A DNA stretch of 64,000 bases, from positions 132,583 to 196,582 of the forward strand of contig JACOZP010000008.1 in assembly GCA_016181265.1 (NCBI GenBank), in the 5' to 3' direction. Both the position numbers and the translations under genes were made by a program. Below the pieces are notes generated by a model, which was not told the DNA's origin, did no database searches, and was given only the letters and a program-made list of their open reading frames with translations. The DNA comes from Candidatus Woesearchaeota archaeon. Its GTDB lineage: Archaea; Nanobdellota; Nanobdellia; Woesearchaeales; GW2011-AR9. Numbering within the stretch: the first letter of the stretch is position 1; each line of letters opens with the position of its first letter. Of this stretch, positions 58,240 through 64,000 are shown one piece after another.

Positions 58240-61200
58240 ATGAGAACCCCAAAAAGAGGTTTAGCGTTAGCTTCTGCTTTATCGTTCCTAGTGATATTTC
58301 TGAGTGTTTTCATACCTGCTGTTTCTGCGCAAGAAACCAATCCAACACAAGCAAAAGGGTGTTATTTTTATTCGCAAGGAAGTCTTGATGTTTCTTGTAA
58401 AACCGGCGGGGTCACTGAAGAAGTAGCGCAAGAGGACTGCGCGGCACATAGCGGTTGTGTTCTTCCTAATTGGTTTAAAGCAGGGTCGACCTGTGCGGAT
58501 ATTCCCGAATGTAAAGTTGTCGCTTGTGATGCGGCTAAATATGCTTGTCAGGAAGTTCCTTTAGGCACGTGTGTCCAAGCTGGTGGGAAAGAGATTACTG
58601 CTGAGAACAAAGCGGCAGAGTGTACAAAAGGCTGTTGTGTTGTCCCCCTGCCTGGTGGTCCCTTCTGCGCTCCTGAATTAGTCTTTAAATCGACATGCGC
58701 AGAGATTGCAGCATCGAAACAAGGAACAGCAAGTTATAAGTTTTATAATCCGGACTCGATGACATTGGCTCTTTGTCAACAGCAATATTGCAAAGCCGCA
58801 GTTGCGGAAGGGAGCCTGATAGGAATTGTAAAAGATCCTACCGGACAGGCCATCGCAGGCGCGACGATCTCAATCTTAGGCACTGTTTCTTCTACTCAAA
58901 CTAGTGCTACGGGAAGTTATTCTCTTCTTCAACTTGTGCCCGCTACCTACTCAGTAAAAGTCTCAAAAGCAGGTTATATGGAGGTAATCAAAAGCGTATC
59001 TGTGTCTGCGGGAGATGCAACTACTTTTGATTTCCAATTACAACCAGCAGCAGGCGCATCATCTTTACGTGTCACTGTCCGTGATACTGTACAGAAACTG
59101 TTGCCGGGGATTACAGTTACGTGGAAAGGTCCTGTTCAAGGAACGACCAAGACAGATAGCCAAGGAACTGCTCTCGTTTCTAATATTCCCGCTGGTGAGT
59201 ATACTTTACTGGTGAGCGCGGTGGGATATGTTTCCCAGGAACAGAAGAGAGTTATCGGCGCAGGAGAGACCGTCGTTGATGTTACTTTACTAAATGCCGT
59301 CTTTCAAGGAGTGCAAGGAACAACATTTGTAAACGGTGAAAAGACATATGGTGTTTCGATCTATGTTGATGGTTTTTTCAAAGCTAAGTCTCAATATCCC
59401 GATGGGAAATATAGTGTCTCTCTGCCTGCCGATGGGAAAGAACACACTGTTTCTGCGACGTACCAGAGCTTTGTCTCTTCGATCGAAACAGTAGCGGTTG
59501 CAAAAGAACAAACAATACAGAAAGATCTCTATCTGGTTTCGTTAAAAGGGGAGTGTGCTGTGGATGGTCCTTCTCCTCAGAAGAATGTTCAAGTGTTCAC
59601 TGCTTCTTCGGTATTAGGAGAAAAAAAGGTCCGTCTCGTCTGGGAAAAACCGTGTCCTGAAGTAGCAAGTTATACGTTACAAAAATCAAGAGGAGAAACA
59701 CTTCTAGCAACAAATACCATTTCTGGATTGGAGACCATCTACGTTGATGATAAAGAGTTGATGTGGAAAGAAACATATTCTTACACTCTTGTCGCTCACT
59801 TTGATTCGGGCTTATCATCAGAGAATGCCGTGACCGCAACAATCACTTTAGGTGATGAGGAATGTGAAGGCAGATTTGTTGATGCAACTAGTACTTGGTC
59901 TTCATTCTGTCTTGTAAATGAAAGACAGACGGTTTACACTTGTACAAATCAGAATATACTCACACCTGCACAGACATGTTCTTCTTTAGGAACGACGTGG
60001 TATTGTGCTCAGACAACGGGCACAACGGCAAGCTGTAAAGATGCGGGAATCTGTTCTGTCAATACCGCTCCTTTTGGTTTATATGCAGTTGAGGACGTAT
60101 GCTATGGACAGGACGACGAAAAATTCTGTTATTATGATTACACAAAAAATACTATTGCAAACCAATGTGCCAGCTGTGCAACTGTGACAAGCTGTTTCGA
60201 TTACCGGAGCAGGGGTGCATGCGAGAAGAATAATTGTGTCAGTTCTCAATGCGCGTGGGTGGATGTTGCATCCAACCCTCCACTTGTTGATTATAGTTAT
60301 CTGTTCTCATCTGACATCTATAGTCCTTTAGTGACCTCGACTGAAACGGGTGCTGGTTATTGTGTTGAGAAGGAATATGACAGTGACGAGAAGTGTTCTC
60401 TCTGTAGCTCTAGTTCGAGCTTATTTGAGAATTACTTTTGTACTCCTAATGTGTGTTCAAGTCTCGGTCGCTGTTTTGCTAATCCTGAACAGACAAGCTG
60501 CGAGCAGTGTAAAGAGAGCCCAGCACCGGATGCGACCTGTTACCGCTACACTTCAGAAACGGAATGTGTTGGAAAAGGAGGAATAACAAAAGATGAATTT
60601 GGGCGTCTTTCGTTTTCTGGCGATCGCTGTTCCTGGGGTCGTTGTTCTTGGGATGGGGCAAGCTGTATTAAAGATGGTAATGCTGATAAAAAGGATGATT
60701 GTGCTCTCGTGAAAGGCAGCTCAGTCGCTTGTGCTGTGGATAACACTCCACCCACAACAACTATGTCCGGCGCTTTGGTAACGACACAATCCCCGCTCGT
60801 CACTTTCACTGCTGACGATTCTTCTGCAAAAGCAGGTCAGACGAATCCTCTTAAAACTTTATCCTATTGTCTAAGTTCCATCGGCGGACCAAATGTGTGT
60901 ACTGCCGATCAATTTGTTTCAGTAGAGTTTAAGGGATTGACTCCTACGGAGAGCATTCCATTTAATATCTCTCAATTTCCTACGTTGGGTGGAGCAAAGC
61001 CAGAGGGAAATATCTTCACTATCTATTTCTATTCGGAAGATGTTTTTTCCAATCGTGAGCAAATCCAGGAAGGAGTATTATATATTGATACTGTTTCTCC
61101 TCAATTTACAGTTGTTGAAGAAGTTGCAACTACCGGGACGGTCTCTCAGCTGAATGTTCATCTTGAAGAGGTCAATGAACCAATTAGTTGTACTTTTTCG

Positions 61201-64000
61201 TTACAGCAGGTCTTACCTCTCGGTGCTGTGCAGACAACGACTGTTCCTCTGGAGGTTCTCGATAAGAAAGCATTGTTTTCCGACCTGAAAGGGATTAAGT
61301 ATGAGTTAACAACAACGTGTACGGATAAGCATAATAACATTAACACCGTGACTGAAGCATATTCGTTCGACCTAGAGCCGAATATTAATATTATCTCTCC
61401 TTCAAAAAATGAAGTTGTTGTGAAGACTTCTGTTCTCTTTAAAGTGGAAACAACGATAGGTTCTACCTGCGTGTTATATGATGCAGCAACTAACCAGAAA
61501 ATCGCCGATTTCGTGACTGATGAGGACGGGTTTAATCACGGGACGGAGCCTATCTCTCTGGCAGAGAGAAAATATGTGGCGGAACAGAAAGTTGTTTGTA
61601 CTGAACTGCTTACGGGAAAAACATACGAAGATTATTTTGATTTTACGGTAGATACTTCTCCTCCTTCTGTTATGATCGAACTTCAAGAAGACTCTAGGGT
61701 GGTACAACATAAGGACACAGGGTGGAAAGAATCGTTTATCACTTCAGCTAATGTCCATCTGGCTTGTTCTTTGAATGGTCTAGCCTGCCAACAAATCTAT
61801 TATTGTCTTGGTGAAGCATGTACTCCTGCCGATCTTTCGGTGTTTAAATCGTACACTTCCTCTTTTGTGGTCGAACAAAGCACAAAGATCTGTTATTATG
61901 CGACACGTGAAGGGGAACAATTGTATAACAATATCTCTTGTGGATTCATCGGGATAGATGGTTTTGGTATCACGTTAGATCTGCCACCTAGTTTTACTTA
62001 CAATGATGAAGTTTGGGGAGTGAGCGCATCTCCTACATTTGATTGGCAGTTCTTCACAAAAGTTCCTACTCAAGAATGCAAGTTTGATTTTATCTCTTCG
62101 TTTACGTATGATGCGCTGGCAAAATATAAATGGAAAGAAAAAAATAGCGGTGAAAAATATCTTTTCGGTAGCTTTCCAGAAGGTGTCTTTTCATCGTTTA
62201 ATCCTAATGGTGGAATCAAAACTGTGTATGTCGCCTGTAAAGATGGGACTGGTGAAGTTAGTCCTATCCAGAAAATGAATTTAGAATACGATCCAACTCC
62301 TCCGGAAATAAAGACTGTGAGCAGTTCCCCAGACCCCGTAATTGAAGGAATAAATACTTTACTCTCTGTTTCGACTGATGATAAGACGACGTGCGTATTT
62401 ATCAATGTAGAAAATGGGAAAACTTACTCTTTTCCTGGGAAGGAGGAACATGTCTTAGATACAACTCACGAGACACTTTTTTATGTCGATGATTTCATCG
62501 GTGATAAGAAAGAGTATGTTCTTAGTGTGATGTGTGAAAACGGTGCTGGACTGAAATCTGCAGTGCAAAATCTAACTATCTCTGTCGATTACACACAAAA
62601 AGGCAGTATCACTTCAATCTATCCTCAAAAAGCGTTTGTTCAGAATGGCCCTCTTTCTGCCGAAGTTATTACCTCAAAGAGCGGCTATTGTGAGCATAAG
62701 ATTGGTGAGGGATATCTTCTCTTTAGCGAAACTAATGGTAATGTACACAAGACCATACTTAATGGCACTGGAGAAGGAGCATATACGCTTCCATTTCGTT
62801 GCTTCTTTGGCGACACTGAACAGACGGGGGAATTTAGTTACACCATCGACAAGCAGCCACCTATTATCGAGTCTATCGATGATGGGATAGTGACGTGTGG
62901 TAAAGATGAGTGGGCAGTTCTCGTGAAGACAAATGAATCTGCACTCGCAAATTACTCCTACAGCGTTTATGCAGCTACCGGTTCGACGATACTTACTGGC
63001 AACAAAACCTCGTTCAGTAAAAGTGATTTACTCTTGGAAAGTTCGGCAGGTCCAGATTCTTCTTTGGTAGTTCCTCTGTCCAGCTTTATTCCGTCGAGCC
63101 AAAATACTACTACAGGTTTTATTATCTCAATCAAAGCAATTGATGCTGCAGGAAATATTGGGCCCGTTAAAGATAGCGATGGAGTGATCGTTTCCAATTC
63201 TTCCCATCCAACTTGCCTTAAAGATTCTAAACTACCTTCGGTTACTTTTTCAACAGTGGACAGCACTTCTTGTTCTTCACGGCTGGTCTCAATGAGTTGT
63301 GGTGATGATACGGGTTGCCAGAATTATCTTTATGGTGTTGGAACGACTGTTGATTCTTGCATTCCTTTGAAACAATACAATGGTAAGAACATTGAAATCA
63401 CTTCTACAAGTTATCTCTGCTATGCAACAAAAGATGCAGTAGGGCAGAACAAGTCGAGTGCCACGCAAGTTATATTTGAGGATAAAGATAGTGATGGAGT
63501 TGCTGATACTTGTGATAGTTGTCCTGAGACTTTGGCAGGTAAGATTGCAGATAGTCAAGGTTGTGCCGAAGGCCAAGTTACTTTACTTCAAGGAGAAATT
63601 GATAGTGATGGGGATGGGCTTCCTGATGCTTGGGAAGAGCAATTCAACTCCTTGACTTGTCAGCTTTCTTCAGTCAGCAAGGATAGTGATGGTAACAGCA
63701 TCTCCGATGGACTGGAAGATTATGATAGTGATGGCAAGAATAACTATGAGGAATATACTTCTGGAAAGAACCCTTGTGTTGCAGAGGTTTCTATCTCTCA
63801 GGACGAAAAACCAGCAGTGCCTGTTTCTTTCCCTACACCTTCGTTTAGCACAGCGTGGGTACTGTTGATCTTGGGGATCATCTTTTCATTTGGAGGATTT
63901 GGTTATCTTCTCTATTCTTACTTAGCATCTGGAAAGAGGACTACCTCAGGACCACAGCGTGAGTTGCCTGCAATTAAGTTGGCTGCTGCAGCTCGTACAC
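58240..64000 (+). CDS. Giant multidomain surface protein (>1900 aa; runs off the window edge)
   Basis: Absent from the track, consistent with no stop in the window. Segments translated by hand: MRTPKRGLALASALSFLV signal, Cys-rich N-terminus, carboxypeptidase-regulatory-like repeats (G.VKD..G..IAGATI), DxxPP-linked Ig-like repeats, TSP3-like DSDGDGLPDAWE, and TM helix AWVLLILGIIFSFGGFGYLLY near 63855-63915. Confidence 0.88.
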   Translation, partial: MRTPKRGLALASALSFLVIFLSVFIPAVSAQETNPTQAKGCYFYSQGSLDVSCKTGGVTEEVAQEDCAAHSGCVLPNWFKAGSTCADIPECKVVACDAAKYACQEVPLGTCVQAGGKEITAENKAAECTKGCCVVPLPGGPFCAPELVFKSTCAEIAASKQGTASYKFYNPDSMTLALCQQQYCKAAVAEGSLIGIVKDPTGQAIAGATISILGTVSSTQTSATGSYSLLQLVPATYSVKVSKAGYMEVIKSVSVSAGDATTFDFQLQPAAGASSLRVTVRDTVQKLLPGITVTWKGPVQGTTKTDSQGTALVSNIPAGEYTLLVSAVGYVSQEQKRVIGAGETVVDVTLLNAVFQGVQGTTFVNGEKTYGVSIYVDGFFKAKSQYPDGKYSVSLPADGKEHTVSATYQSFVSSIETVAVAKEQTIQKDLYLVSLKGECAVDGPSPQKNVQVFTASSVLGEKKVRLVWEKPCPEVASYTLQKSRGETLLATNTISGLETIYVDDKELMWKETYSYTLVAHFDSGLSSENAVTATITLGDEECEGRFVDATSTWSSFCLVNERQTVYTCTNQNILTPAQTCSSLGTTWYCAQTTGTTASCKDAGICSVNTAPFGLYAVEDVCYGQDDEKFCYYDYTKNTIANQCASCATVTSCFDYRSRGACEKNNCVSSQCAWVDVASNPPLVDYSYLFSSDIYSPLVTSTETGAGYCVEKEYDSDEKCSLCSSSSSLFENYFCTPNVCSSLGRCFANPEQTSCEQCKESPAPDATCYRYTSETECVGKGGITKDEFGRLSFSGDRCSWGRCSWDGASCIKDGNADKKDDCALVKGSSVACAVDNTPPTTTMSGALVTTQSPLVTFTADDSSAKAGQTNPLKTLSYCLSSIGGPNVCTADQFVSVEFKGLTPTESIPFNISQFPTLGGAKPEGNIFTIYFYSEDVFSNREQIQEGVLYIDTVSPQFTVVEEVATTGTVSQLNVHLEEVNEPISCTFSLQQVLPLGAVQTTTVPLEVLDKKALFSDLKGIKYELTTTCTDKHNNINTVTEAYSFDLEPNINIISPSKNEVVVKTSVLFKVETTIGSTCVLYDAATNQKIADFVTDEDGFNHGTEPISLAERKYVAEQKVVCTELLTGKTYEDYFDFTVDTSPPSVMIELQEDSRVVQHKDTGWKESFITSANVHLACSLNGLACQQIYYCLGEACTPADLSVFKSYTSSFVVEQSTKICYYATREGEQLYNNISCGFIGIDGFGITLDLPPSFTYNDEVWGVSASPTFDWQFFTKVPTQECKFDFISSFTYDALAKYKWKEKNSGEKYLFGSFPEGVFSSFNPNGGIKTVYVACKDGTGEVSPIQKMNLEYDPTPPEIKTVSSSPDPVIEGINTLLSVSTDDKTTCVFINVENGKTYSFPGKEEHVLDTTHETLFYVDDFIGDKKEYVLSVMCENGAGLKSAVQNLTISVDYTQKGSITSIYPQKAFVQNGPLSAEVITSKSGYCEHKIGEGYLLFSETNGNVHKTILNGTGEGAYTLPFRCFFGDTEQTGEFSYTIDKQPPIIESIDDGIVTCGKDEWAVLVKTNESALANYSYSVYAATGSTILTGNKTSFSKSDLLLESSAGPDSSLVVPLSSFIPSSQNTTTGFIISIKAIDAAGNIGPVKDSDGVIVSNSSHPTCLKDSKLPSVTFSTVDSTSCSSRLVSMSCGDDTGCQNYLYGVGTTVDSCIPLKQYNGKNIEITSTSYLCYATKDAVGQNKSSATQVIFEDKDSDGVADTCDSCPETLAGKIADSQGCAEGQVTLLQGEIDSDGDGLPDAWEEQFNSLTCQLSSVSKDSDGNSISDGLEDYDSDGKNNYEEYTSGKNPCVAEVSISQDEKPAVPVSFPTPSFSTAWVLLILGIIFSFGGFGYLLYSYLASGKRTTSGPQRELPAIKLAAAART

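Noticed and set aside
58131-63868. Many short ORFs listed between 58 and 64 kb
   Set aside because: All overlap the single giant frame starting at 58240, either off-frame or antisense.
48647-64000. Provirus, transposon or diversity-generating retroelement as the origin of the surface array
   Set aside because: I saw no integrase, transposase, reverse transcriptase, capsid gene or near-identical TR/VR repeat pair.

Overview
This is a core-genome segment of a small-genome archaeon, probably DPANN and Woesearchaeota-like (inferred from gene content). It carries replication genes (gyrA, PCNA, DP2-DP1-cdc6 beside an AT-rich ORB-flanked candidate oriC, an RPA32-like gene, MCM), transcription and translation genes (TBP, TFE, Rpo12, eL43, aIF2-beta, TyrS, RNase J/Z/P30), a SAMP-NcsA-E1 sulfur relay and a disulfide/redox cluster. 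From about 48.6 kb there is a >15 kb array of cysteine-rich secreted or surface proteins. The ORF track misses several real features: a tRNA-Leu(CAA) with two BHB introns and a 7-nt middle exon, a tRNA-Pro(UGG) with three introns, Rpo12, a THUMP protein at the left edge, a >1900-aa surface protein at the right edge, and the full extent of a 5'-truncated B3/4-domain gene. Other notable items are an AsnB-Dph6 fusion, two THUMP enzymes with eroded catalytic motifs, and a trio of related coiled-coil genes of unknown function. All calls come from motif reading by eye; no searches were run.
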